Shown here in pieces: positions 1 to 11,415 of a DNA stretch of 64,000 bases. A program made the translations under genes and the position numbers. Positions within the stretch are counted from its first letter, which is position 1; every line of letters begins with the position of its first letter. The notes under the pieces are model-generated. The model saw only the letters and a program-made list of their open reading frames with translations, ran no database searches and was not told the DNA's origin. The stretch comes from Takakia lepidozioides (taxonomy: Eukaryota; Plantae; Bryophyta), in NCBI GenBank assembly GCA_030704615.1, contig CM060731.1:69502001-69566000 (forward strand). Direction: 5' to 3'.

Positions 1-140
1 CAGACCCTCCAGCAGACCGGCACCCCTACAGTAGACCGGGCAGACCCCCTCCAGCAGACCGGCAGACCCTCCAAGCAGACCCCCCTCCAGCAGACGGGCT
101 TATACCCCCCTCCAGCAGACCTCCATCAGACCGGCAGACC
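1..140. repeat. Degenerate tandem CAGACC/CCAGCAGACC repeats, probably internal or subterminal repeats of the element ending at 654
   Basis: cagacc(c)tccagcagacc units recur throughout 1-140, with further copies at ~345-370. Confidence 0.75.
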
Positions 141-210
141 CTTCGACAAAATATATATTTAATGACACACATTACTTCGACAAATTATATATTTAATGAC
201 ACACATTACT
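141..210. repeat. 34-bp direct tandem duplication
   Basis: cttcgacaaa(a/t)tatatatttaatgacacacatta at 141-174 and 175-208, one mismatch. Confidence 0.9.
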
Positions 211-620
211 GCCGCAATACAACCCGACAAGATTTGAAAATTGCACCTTGTATTTATAATACATTGCTCTTAACCACCACACTACCCACCACTTTCTGTA
301 AACAATTGCAATAACTAATGTTTTATGTGCATATTGTGGGCCCCAGCAGACCGCTTGTCGGGCAGACCCATGGTCCGGGTAGGGGCGCTTCTACCCTCAA
401 TGACCCCTCTGCCACACGCGGGCCCCACCGCAACCACACACGCGGGCATTCATGACCCTATTATTGTTAAATGAGAAGCTTTTCTGTAGGTAGTAGCTTT
501 TGTTTCTTCTTAATTTTTCTATTTGCATTATATTCAATATAAGTACTTTGCCATAAAAGCTTTAGGAGTGGGCCCTATCAGAGGAGATTTGCTGAAATTA
601 GGTGGAAGTGGAAATTCAGA

Positions 621-654
621 GCGACCCAAGGTCGCTTGGGCAATTAAGGGTTAA
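621..654. mobile_element. piggyBac-like element right terminus (AGGG|TTAA)
   Basis: gcgacccaaggtcgc hairpin followed by ttgggcaattaagggTTAA; the reverse complement TTAA|CCCTTAATTGCCC matches the piggyBac TTAA-CCC terminus pattern. Confidence 0.5.
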
Positions 655-741
655 ACTTTGGACCACTGTTTCTTCATCACTTTGGGTATCTGCAATGATT
701 TAGTGGCACAAATGATAAATCCAGTGTTACTATCTGAACCC

Positions 742-770
742 TTAACCCTTAAACACCCAGTGCTAGTTTG
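742..770. mobile_element. piggyBac-like element left terminus (TTAA|CCCTTAAACACCCAG); no matching right end found
   Basis: Shares TTAACCCTTAA with the terminus at 644-654, in the opposite orientation. Confidence 0.4.
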
Positions 771-1617
771 ACTTTTTCAAAAAATAGGACCCCTGCAGTG
801 AAAATATGTTGTAATTTTGAGAAATTTGACTTTTTAATTTATTTGTTGAATGTGGGGCCATTGGAGAAATATATCAATTTTGGTAGTTTTCCCAAAATTT
901 GAGTGACGGCATGAACTCAGATTGAGGCAAAATTAGTAGGGCTTTGTCCCCTTGGGATCCCTCATCCAAGAAGCCAAAAACAATCCAATTTGGCCAAGGC
1001 CTTTGGTGTTGCCACTTGGTCAAACTTGGGCAAATCCCTTCACAATGACCCTCACACACACACGTGTGGATAAATCTTAGAAGAAAACAAGACTAGACTT
1101 AACCTTCATGAAAACCTGACCCCCCTCTTGCGTGATGAGACAACTTTGTTTTTACTCGAATTAGGGCAATCAATTCCCCAATCATGGGAGTGCACGACAA
1201 GGGCCAATGTATGGCACTAATTTCATAAAAATTGAAGCAGATCTAGAATTGAACTGGAGATGAGATATGGGAGGCACGTCCCTCATTTATGTTGTATGCA
1301 AGACATAAGCATTTACCATATTGGTGTCCAAGAGAAAGAAAAAAACTCTACGTCACCATTTGTGGGTCTTCAATTGGTGTGCTATATGCCCCACACAACC
1401 GATCATGTACGTCAACACACCTCACGCACGCCCGGTATTGTACACGCATAGGCACCGAGGGGATAGCCACACTATAGTTGCCCACAAAATCGTCTCACTA
1501 TCTCTTGCGAATTAGTCCCAAACGTAAGTCGAGCTACAAGCAGCTGATATGAGGAGCACTCCAGGCTTTTTATCCCACCACAACACAACAGCTACCTGCC
1601 TTGAAGAGTGCATCTTG

Positions 1618-1935
1618 ACTCCGAGGTGACCAATCGAACTATTTGACCTGTCAATGCACCGTGCGATAGCTGGTTCAAGGTGATCGCCATGGAAAAATTG
1701 TGTGTTGGGTAGCAAAATCCAGTTGAACCCCCTAACCCTGAATGCCCAAAGCCAAGAATTCTCCCTCCAGTACTATCATCTTCCCCCATAGCCGAAAATC
1801 TTCGAAATCCAAGTCCAATCTTTCCGTTTTTGTCTACCAAATTACTATACTCGCCAGAGGCTATAAAAGCATCAAGAATTGTAGGACTAGAGTATATTTT
1901 GCCAAGTGCTGGGGTTGCGACAACTTGAGGAGCCT
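1618..1935 (-). pseudogene. Orphan C-terminal fragment of the plant ABC1-kinase/beta-lactamase-domain protein (At5g24810-like)
   Basis: Translation KIYSSPTILDAF...GKIGLGFRRF...GFGHSGLGGSTGFC...FSMAITLNQLSHGALTGQIVRLVTSE matches the end of that family's beta-lactamase-like domain; no other exons nearby. Confidence 0.75.
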
Positions 1936-1947
1936 CTGGATGCATGC

Positions 1948-2375
1948 ATGAAGAAGTGAAAGAAGATATATGAGGACTACAAGGCTGATTACACTGCCAA
2001 TGGAATTAGTGGGAATGAAAATTCCGCAAAATGTAAGTGATACATGTTTGTTGACAATTGGATGCATGAAAGAGCAAATATTTTCAACCATCATCATGGT
2101 AGTGCTACAGATGTTGACCCCAATGGTGGGAATGTTGAAGAAGAACCAAAGAAATTTAGGTGTTGACATTGATGCAGCACCAAAACTTTTATAACTCCAT
2201 AGACCCTGACTGGGAAAAAAGGAGAAAAACAAACAACATAAGAAGCAATCAAGGAGTTTTCTCAACACTCAAAATGACTCCTTGACAATATCAAAGAAAC
2301 TGAGAATGCAAAATTAGCATTACTCCAACAAATGCTCCGTACAATGTTTGAACTTGTGAAGAAATTCTATAGGAG
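1948..2375 (+). pseudogene. Decayed Myb/SANT-like accessory ORF of a PIF/Harbinger transposon
   Basis: Frame from 1948 reads MKK*KKIYEDYKADYTANGISGNENSAKCK*YMFVDNWMHERANI; both TGA stops sit at probable Trp codons; the ORF converges on a Harbinger transposase. Confidence 0.55.
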
Positions 2376-3030
2376 GGCACCAAACAGTACCTACTCCTCT
2401 AGATTCATCCTCGCTCGATAGTCCTACATAGTGGTTTGGGCACATTTGTTCCATGTCCCTTATTCTCTTTCGGCTGAATAAAGACTTGGTAATAGAATTT
2501 CGTCCCGTACACATTTCCTCAGTGCTTGCGTTATCCCTGGTATTCCAACCTGGAAGTGTACCTTCACCATTGACATGTGGTCGTGTGCGAGTACTGAATT
2601 GTTGTGTTGTAAGCTTCACACCATTCATCTCCCATATTATGTCCTCTGCTACATCTGCTGCTTCATTTGTTTGCCTTGATGCATGCCCTACGCGACTTCT
2701 TTGAATGTTTGCTTGCAAATCACCTTGAGCTTCTTCAATCCAAGAGGTGTTGAATGAGTCTTTGTGAGTGATGATGATATTATACAAAATCAAACATGAA
2801 TGGGTACATATTCCAAATTGCAATCCATTCGTTTTAATAAAATCCTCCACCTTCCCTTCAGTACGCCAAAAACTCGTTTTATGCACATTCTTGAGCTTGA
2901 TTGCACAAAATTCCAATTTGTGTGTTGATCCCCAGTAAATCCATCTTTGCTTCCAATAAATGGAGCAAACATCAATGGCATGCATTGGTAAGCAACATCA
3001 CCTAGAAGGGCATAGGGATTCAAGCCACCA
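2320..3030 (-). mobile_element. PIF/Harbinger (HARBI1-like, DDE_Tnp_4) transposase C-terminal relic, frameshifted
   Basis: YALLGDVAYQCMPLMFAPF...NWNFVQSSSRMCIKRVFGVLKGRWRILLK...CLILYNIII resembles the GDxAY / FN...ERAFGxLKxRW motifs. Confidence 0.85.
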
Positions 3031-3679
3031 CTATGGCATACACGGCCAATATGTGATTTTCCAAACATGAATTTGGACCTAAGATTGGAGGGGTGAAGCT
3101 ACTTGTACAAAAGATTTTTTTAATTTTACAAATAATAAAAATTTAGGGGGATAAAATCTGCCAGAAAGAGCCAGTAGTTGAATATCAGGAGCCTGATTTT
3201 GCCATCTTGGACCCGCTCAACGTGCCACCTGCTAGACACCCACTTTGCTAACCCTGCCACCTTGTTATTCTCGCCACATGGGCGCTGAGTAGGATTCACA
3301 TCAGATGGCCCCTCTGGCGATTTTTGCGACGTGAAAAAAATAACACTGCCACTTAGGACTGGAGTGTTCTGACCTCCTCAGTGTCTATATCATAGGGTGT
3401 GTACAGAGGTTTGGTCTACAGGTCTCAGATTATACACATTCAACTTTCTGACTGGGATAGTCCCCGTGTGGACACAACCCATCTCCCTCTCTGGCTTCCT
3501 GGTCTGTTTCTTATATGTTGAGCACAGATGTGAGTAGCAAACACTAAGGCCTACTTGACTCACGGAGAAGGGAGGGAGAAGGCTACAGTGAAGATAAGCT
3601 TTGGGTTTTTCTAGCATTAATTGGTCGAAGTTCAGTTTCATCCTAGCTACCGAATGTCCAGTGAAGGAATAGGCCTATC

Positions 3680-3907
3680 TGAAAAGAATGAGTTGATCAA
3701 CTAACTAGAACACCAGAGGTGTGAATACATATACAACGTTTGTCACAGGGATAAGGAGAGTAGGACCACATGGGCCTTATCGCTAACTGTAATGAAGCTA
3801 TAATTACTGATGCAAATGGTGGCCAGCTACTATCTAGATTTAAGGAGCGGTGCATTAACAAAGGCCTGATCTAGCGGCATCACAACATGGGTGTGTTAAT
3901 TCCAACA
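3680..3907 (-). repeat. 3' LTR of copia-A (228 bp)
   Basis: tgaaaagaatg...ttccaaca; 6 substitutions versus 8470-8697 by manual comparison. Confidence 0.95.
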
Positions 3908-4083
3908 CCTCCTCTCACACCCATCCTCCTCTCAATACTGAACTACTCGCTTGAGGTGCTCAGCCTGCTAAGAGAGACAACACCTAGCTTCTCTCTAAGT
4001 CCTTCAAATTTCACTCTCCCCAAAGGTTTAGTCAGGATATCTGCTATTTGATCCCCGGTTGATACATGTGCAAGATCCACCAT

Positions 4084-7000
4084 TCATTGTTGTACTTGCT
4101 CTCGCACAAAATGATAGTGTACCTCGATGTGTTTTGTGCGTGCATGAAGAATTGGATTCTTTGCAATTTTTATGCTACTCATATTATCACACCAGATTCG
4201 TATGGGTTCTTCTCCGAAGTTACCTAACTCGTTGGATAGGTACTGCAACCAAATCGATTCCTTCGTCCCTTTGGCTAGGGCTCGATACTCGGCCTCTGTA
4301 GAGCTGAGAGCCACTGTGGGTTGACGTTTAGAGCACCGCGTTACATGACTACCTCCCAGTTGAAATACGTACCCTGTAGTGGATCTTCTATTTTCCTGGT
4401 CACCTGCCCAGTCCGCGTCGGTGAATCTTGTGATCTCGCTGGTTCCTTGTTTCTTGAAGAGAACCCCAAGCTCAATTGTCCCCTTCAAGTATCTGAAAAT
4501 GTGCTTAACTGCTTCCATATGAGGTGCTTGCGGGTTATTCATGAAGCGGCTAACGACACCCACAGAGTAGGAGATGTCAGGTCTCGTGTTGGTAAGATAT
4601 ATGAGCTTACCAACCATTTGCCGATATATAGTAGCATCTGCAAGCTCATCACCCATGTCAATGATAAGTTTTGTCCCTTCGAGCATTGGAGTCGGTTTTG
4701 GGTTGCAATTTGAAAGTCCAAATTGTTTGAGCATTTTGGTGATGTACCCACGCTGTGTCATGAAGATGCCCTCCCTGAGATACAAAAATTATATTCTCAA
4801 GTAATGAGACATTTCCCCCAAGTTTGTCATCTCGAATCTCTGCTGTAATTGATCTTTGATCCACTCAATTTGGACACTATCATTTCTGGTGATCAACAGG
4901 TCGTCAACATATAGCACAAGAATGACAAGTTTCTCACTTTCATTGACATAGTACATATTGTAGTCAGCATTGCTTCTGTGCATACCTTGTTCTTGGAGGT
5001 AGTTGTCGATTTTTTCATACCAAGCCCGTGGAGCTTGCTTCAGCCCATAGAGGGCTTTGTTCAACCTGCACACCTTATTCTCCTTCCCAGTGGCAATGAA
5101 CCCCTCAGGTTGAGTCATGAAGACTTCTTCTTCGAGATCCCCATTAAGAAATGCCGTCTTGACATCTAGGTGGTACATCTTCCAATCATGTTGAGCTGCT
5201 AGGGCTACAAGTGTTCGTAAGGTGCCCCACTTGACAACGGGCGCAAAGGTCTCATCGTAATCTATGCCTTCTCTTTGTTCGAACCCTCGAGCCACAAGAC
5301 AAGCCTTGAATGTATCACCTTTGCCGTCAGCTCCTTCCTTGATTTTATAAACCCACTTTGCCGTGATTGGATATTTTTGTGGCGGTAAATCCACCAAGTC
5401 CCACGTAGAGTTTCTTTTGATTGAGGCCATTTCTTGATCCATCGCAACTTTCCATTTCAGATTTCCAATTGCCTCAGAATATTTTTGTGGTTCACCAGCT
5501 TCTGCAATTGCTACGTAGTCATCAAATCGAATGGGCCGGATGATCGTTCTTCCAGACTTACGAATAGCCAGTGGGGAATTTATACCTGCTCTCGGCTGCT
5601 CATGTGCACCTGCAAGATCTTTATCATCGTCTGAAATTTCAACCCTTTGGTCTGGACCCCACTCTGGTGCGAGTGGTTCTGTCGAAGTCGTGGGCACCTC
5701 AATACCTAAAGGTGGTGAATGACATGACTCCGAGACACTTTGAGTTGAAGGATCAACAGGTGTAGCTTTGATGGGAGAAATGCAAGCTTGGTCAAGAACA
5801 AGTACAGTGGGTAGATGACAAGGTTGCAAATTGTCATTTATGATTGGACTTGGATCTGAAGAAGCACTTAAGGGAGGTGGAGATGAGGATGTTGGAAGGC
5901 TAGACATGCTCGATTCATCAAAGTGAACATCCCTTGTGATGACCACCTTTCTGCCTTGAGGACTAAAGCATCTGAAACCCTTGGTCTCCTCATCATATCC
6001 CACAAACAAACATTTCAATGACCTTGGAGATAACTTAGATGCCACGTCTTCATTGGCTATGTGAACAAAAACCTTGCAACCAAAAATACGGAGGAGTGAA
6101 AGATCTCGTTTGATACCTGAATATTTTTCCTCCGGAGTGATACCCGAGTTGGCCTTGGTTGGTGATCGATTCACCAGGTAATTTGCCGTGTTAATTGCCT
6201 CACTCACAAGAACTTGGGTAAGTTGCAAGTAAGAGCCATGCTGCGTGCTCTATCAAGCAAAGTACGGTTTTTACGTTCAGCAACACCGTTTTGTTGCGGC
6301 GTGTGAGCTTGAGTGAGCTGTCTCCGTATGCCTTCTTCATTGCAAAATTTGATGAAGTCATTTGAAAGATACTCACCCCCTCGATCAGATCATAGAATTT
6401 TAATTCTATGCCCTGTCTGATTTTCAACTTGAGCTTTGAAAAACTTGAATTTCTATAATGCCTCACTTTTCAGTCTCAAGAAATAAATCCACGTTTTTCT
6501 CGAATAGTCGTCTGTGAATGTGATAAAGTATCGAGACCCTCTCAACGAAGGTGACAAGGGGCCACAAAGATATGTATGTATGAGTTCAAGTACCTGTGTT
6601 GCTCGGTTGAGACTTTTCTTGGGGAAGCTCTCCCTGTGGTGTTTCCCATACTGGCAGCCTTCACATACACTAGATATCAGCGGCAGTTTTGGCAGCCCTG
6701 TTGCAACGACCTTGTTGCTCAAGTGAAGAAGACTTTGAAAATTAAGGTGCCCAAGCCTCTTGTGCCATATGAAAACCTCATCGATATTTTCGACCACATG
6801 CAACTCAACATTGGCGGGCTGAATGTGAAGACGGTATAGTCCTGTTGCATTATCTCTTATACCTCTAGCCACAATTTCAGGAGGCGTATTCTTAGTCACC
6901 AGCAAACACTTCTCAGAGTCAAATATTACTACGAGATTAACATCTGTCAAAGTACCTATTGATAACAGGTTCTTTGTGAGGCCTGGCACGTAAAGAACAT

Positions 7001-8150
7001 CGCTGATCTTTTTTATTTCTCCACTCGGGAAATAATTTCTTACATCACCCTTGCCACGCACAGCGTGCGATTGCCCACCGACAATTTTAACATTAGATGA
7101 CTCTGTCGGCTGTTTTATGTGATCTAGAAGTTGTGAGTTTCCAGTCATGTGCCTTGAGGCCCTTGAATCTAAGATCCATGATGTATCATCTGTTTCTAAA
7201 GCCATTGCTGCGAGTGCCGCCTCCAACACTTCATCGGCAGTCTCCGAATCGTTAATCTCGGGCTCACCTTCACTGTCATCACAAATGACATTAATTTGTT
7301 TTCCTTTGTTCTTCTCAAAGGAAGAAGTTTTATTGGAGAAGGAACTCCCAATACCTGGACATTCCCTTGCCCAATGTCATTTCTTTCCGCATTTGTTGCA
7401 GTAGCCAGGTTTAGTTTGTGAGCCAAACTGTCCGCCATCAGAGTTGAACCTCCTGTTTTCAACTCGATCGTTTCTCCGCTGCTTGAGGATCCTTCGAAAC
7501 TTGAGAACTAGGGCCTCCTCGTCTTGGGCTCGAGTTCGATTTGCATTGCGGCTCTCTTCAAGTTGGAGCCTCCCAGCTATTTCTTGGATGGTTGGGAGTT
7601 CTTTTTCGCTCGAGATAGCCTTGATGAAGCTGTCGAAACTGGCTGGCAAGGCATTGATTATCTGCTCCACGATGATGCTCTCGGATGGCAGTTCACCAAA
7701 CTCACTGAGTTGGTTGAGTGTGTCTTGTACTTCCCTCATGAAGTCAGCGACAGTCATGCCTTCCTCCATTCGTAGGTTTGAGAAACAATTTCGGATTGCC
7801 AACCTCTTGGCGTTGTTCTTGACTTCAAACTGCCTCTTCAAAATATCCCAACACTCCCTTGGTCCTTTGGCATGTAGTATGAAAGGTACAATCTGGTCTT
7901 TCACCGATAGCTTGATGATAGAAAAAGCCTTCATCCTTTGCTTTCTAAGAACATGATTAGCATCTCTAGGATCGGGCAAGAGCTCAGAGACGGAGCTAGT
8001 GTCGGCGGAGCTACTGCCTTCCTCCGGTTGTACTATTTCCCAAAGATCCTCGCGTTCAAGGATACTTTGTATCCTGAACTTCCACATGGCATAGTTTGAA
8101 GCTCCTTCAAGCTTCTGGTTCTCACCTATGGAGTGCTCTGTTCCTGACAT
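4084..8150 (-). pseudogene. copia-A gag-pol polyprotein, interrupted
   Basis: ORF pieces 7377-8150 (gag; zinc knuckle broken, CNKCGKK*HW), 6453-7229 (protease, pre-integrase), 4789-6228 (integrase end, RT) and 4084-4785 (RT, RNase H). Confidence 0.93.
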
Positions 8151-8469
8151 ACTGTTGTTCTACGAAGTGATATACACTACAGCAAAAGAAATAAATAAAT
8201 ATAGTAAGTGTTTACAGATCAATAGCTTACACTAATCTACTTTCAGCATAAGAAATGCTATGAAGAACTAAGAGAAAGAAAGCAAACTACTTTCGTGTAG
8301 CCTCTCCACGACGTCCCAGTCCAGGCTTGACCATCTTCTTCCTTGTTTCTCTACGAAACCAAAAAAATGCTCTCAGATATCCTCCTTAGACTCTAACCGT
8401 ATAGGTCTTGAAGGTACCCTCAAAGATTCATGACTACCCGTGTAGTCTACTATCCTCGCTCTGATACCA

Positions 8470-8697
8470 TGAAAAGAATGAGTTGATCAACTAACTAGAA
8501 CACCAGAGGTGTGAATACATATACAACGTTTGTCACAGGGATAAGGAGAGCAGGACCACATGGGCCTTATCGCTAACTGTAACGAAGCTATAATTACTGA
8601 TGCAAACGGTGGCCAGCTACTATCTAGAAATAAGGAGCGGTGCATTAAAAAAGGCCTGATCTAGCGGCATCACAACATGGGTGTGTTAATTCCAACA
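8470..8697 (-). repeat. 5' LTR of copia-A (228 bp)
   Basis: Directly abuts the PBS (gctctgatacca on the + strand, 8458-8469). Confidence 0.95.
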
Positions 8698-8726
8698 TCT
8701 TCTAGTTCCAGTCAGATCTCACCGGT

Positions 8727-11415
8727 GCTATGGAGTAGGTGATGCTTTTCCACCCTCCATTCACAAACAATGAACATGAGCTAAGATTCCTAAAGGCTGG
8801 TGCCATGACCTAGAGGGATGATTCATCTACATAATCGGCTTTTGGGATGAGGATGTCATACCAAAATTGCAAGCAAGAAGGTTTTGAATGACAAGCATCC
8901 AAAGTGGTGTCATGAACATATATATATCAAAGAACCAGAAAGAGGACACAGACCCTCTGAATTTTTGTGCTGTGGCCAAGAATGGCAAGCGCCGGAGGAG
9001 AGAAAAGGTGGAGACGCGCCACCTTCCCTCTTCCTTCAATCCACTATCTTGAGTGCGTGGGCGTGTCTCAGTCTTCTCTCTCTTCTCTTCTTCTTTATGT
9101 AGGAGCCCATTTGTGGGTACTACTAAAGCTGGCATCAACTCCCTCTGCAATATGCTTAGAATTGACCACTCCGTTTGTCATGTCCATGTCATTGATTGTT
9201 AGGATTTAAAGTACCGAGGTGAATTTGTTTCTCATTAAGGCAGTGATTGATCAGCGATCGAAATTGAATTGAGATTTCCAGTACAATGTCTGGATCTAGC
9301 TCACAGGTCAGTGTTGCAGCTGACAAGACGCACTCTGAGCTCCATGCCAAGCGAAATACGAACGGGGGAAGGCCTTGCACAAAGGAAATATCAGTGCCTG
9401 TATTTTCGATCGCCAATATTATAGGCAGAGGCGGGCGTACCTTGAAGGCTATGCAGATGGAGCCAGGCATTATCCTGGTGTCAGTGATTCAATCCAACCT
9501 GAACGTTGTCAAAGTCATTGGGAGCAGAGATGCGGTCGAGAGGATTTCTATTAAGATCCAGGAGCTGATCTCTACCTCTGAGACAGGTACCGGCAATTGT
9601 ATGTACTGATCAATAACCATTCGCAAGGTGAATTTGATTGCTTGTGCACGCACATAGCATTTTCTAAAAGTGCTGTGGCCCATATACATTCCAGGGAGAT
9701 ACTATATGCGCCCACGAGGAAGGTTCGAAAATGGCGCTCTCTCTCGCCGACCTCAGGTGCCTATACATGAAGAGGTGGTCGAAGTGCCTAGCTTTTGTAT
9801 TGGCGAAATCATTGGCAGAAATGGACGCAATATCAAGTCCCTGCAGCGGGAGCCTGGAATTACCTCGGTTGTAGTTATTGGATATCCACAAAATGTGGTG
9901 GTGATCAAAGGCTCTGACATAAATGCCGTCGAAAGAATCTCTGCTTCGTTGAAGCAAAAGTTGGATGCATTCCTTGACTTTACTGTGACTTGCTTCAATA
10001 GCTTCTTTTCACGGCCCTGTGGCCCCCCGTCTAATGTGATGATAAAGCTTCAACTGTCTTCTGGAAGCACACGACGGTTATCTAGGAATAATGGGAGAGC
10101 TTTTGCGTTCCAGCAGATCATGTTCTTCTTTCACAGCTCGATCTACCAGTGCACTAGTGATTTAGCCACGGGTGACGCCTCCGACAGTTCTCATAAATTT
10201 GCTAGGTCCCAGGGTGACGAGGATGAAGTAGAAAGCGAGACAAACAGCTGGTTCGCTGCTCAATCTACACAACCTCGAGCTCCTGCTAGTAACCGCGGGC
10301 CTGTAGTAACCTTTATTACCGCCCCAGACTGGAAGCAGGCTAACTATGGAGGTGTGCTTCGACAGTGTCTGATATCGGCAACGACCACTGGATTACAGAC
10401 AGATCAGTCTCAACAGCGTGGGGGTGTTGATGTTAGGGTGGTAATGGGCGTTGGCAAGTGCTTTTTCCAGTGTGAAGGTAACATTTTACAGTCTGAAAAC
10501 GATATGGGGAGGAACGTGGTATTAACGATTCCCGAGCTGAACAATCTCTTTCTACAACAACGCTTACGGCATCAGTTCAAATCTGGAAACCCAGACATAT
10601 TTGCAAAGATGCATCAACGTCTGAACAGTGGAGGAACTTACGTTAATTCGCGGATAGCTCGCACAATCTCCATCTCCTTTGTAGATAATGGAAGAAAACA
10701 GCGGTACCGCATCTCCATCCCTTGGCCTAGAAATACTCCTGTGAACTCAAGAAATATCATAGATGAGAATTACGTTGGCACGTCCGGCCCTTCTCTGCCA
10801 TTCTCAAATTCCAGTTCAGATTCAGAAGCCGCTCAGGACAGAGTGGGAGAGCTGTTGTTAAATAGCAAGTTTGAGATAATCAAGAAGAACCACGGATTTG
10901 TATGGTTTCTCCGCGAAGGGAACAACAGCAGCGATTTCAGATTGACAATCGAAAGCAGCGCCCGACAGGGAGCAGATTCTCTGCGGCCTGACAAAGAAGT
11001 AGTGGATTGGATAGAAGAGGCATACGGAAATAAGACTACAAGTGGATACCTTGCGTTCCCCAATCATCCTCGATTTGTATGTCTTGTCACTCGCTACAAG
11101 GAGGTAGAGACATACGCCAACCGAGATTTCAAAGTGAGCATCAAGAAGGTGATCGCGGCATCAGGTTCCAACCACCCATCCTCTAAATGGGAGGCAACCG
11201 TCCAGAGCTGGCGAGTGAGGAGATCACTGTGCATGAGAGAGAGGGAGTTGGTGGCCGCTGATGTGGACATGATTATGCCCCACATCGATGCCCTCGTTGC
11301 AGAGGCAGCGAAGCTCACGCGCATCAAACCCTTCCATCGTCATTCAACAGACTAGTCTTTGAGACTTCCACATTCCAGGGACAATAATTTCTCGTGCACA
11401 ACATCATAACAATGC
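8727..11415 (+). repeat. Segmental duplication, copy 1 (paralogous to 17871-~20730)
   Basis: Similarity starts at gctatggagtagg (8727 vs 17871) and runs through the upstream region, both exons and just past the copy-1 stop. Confidence 0.93.
9286..11355 (+). CDS. Tandem-KH-domain protein with an uncharacterised (putative CYTH/triphosphate-tunnel-like) C-terminal domain, copy 1; exons 9286-9586 and 9695-11355, ~653 aa
   Basis: KH1 EISVPVFSIANIIGRGGRTLKAMQ and KH2 VEVPSFCIGEIIGRNGRNIKSLQ both carry GxxG loops; AG|GTACCG donor and ttccAG acceptor are phase-compatible and conserved in copy 2 (an alternative in-phase donor lies at 9599). Confidence 0.8.

Larger units (their letters stand above)
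3680..8697 (-). mobile_element. Full-length but degenerate Ty1/copia LTR retrotransposon (copia-A)
   Basis: Two 228-bp TG..CA LTRs (3680-3907, 8470-8697); tRNA-iMet PBS TGGTATCAGAGC at 8469-8458; polypurine tract at ~3930-3908; order gag-PR(WILDSRAS)-IN-RT(LDVKTAFLNG, LYVDDLLI)-RNaseH(DADWAG); several stops and frameshifts. Confidence 0.97.

Noticed and set aside
1-210. Short repeats as a CRISPR-like array
   Set aside because: Units are degenerate and adjacent with no unique spacers; the context is eukaryotic and there are no cas genes.
736-753. aacccttaacccttaaa as an interstitial telomere repeat
   Set aside because: Only two units, not CCCTAAA; better explained as a TTAA-CCC transposon end.
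1592-1945. Functional beta-lactamase or resistance gene
   Set aside because: Only the C-terminal ~105 aa of a plant ABC1K-fusion domain; no SxxK catalytic region.
9670-9694. ORF-track start of the 561-aa ORF
   Set aside because: It is a GTG inside the intron; the equivalent frame has a stop in copy 2, and splicing to the upstream KH exon fits both copies.
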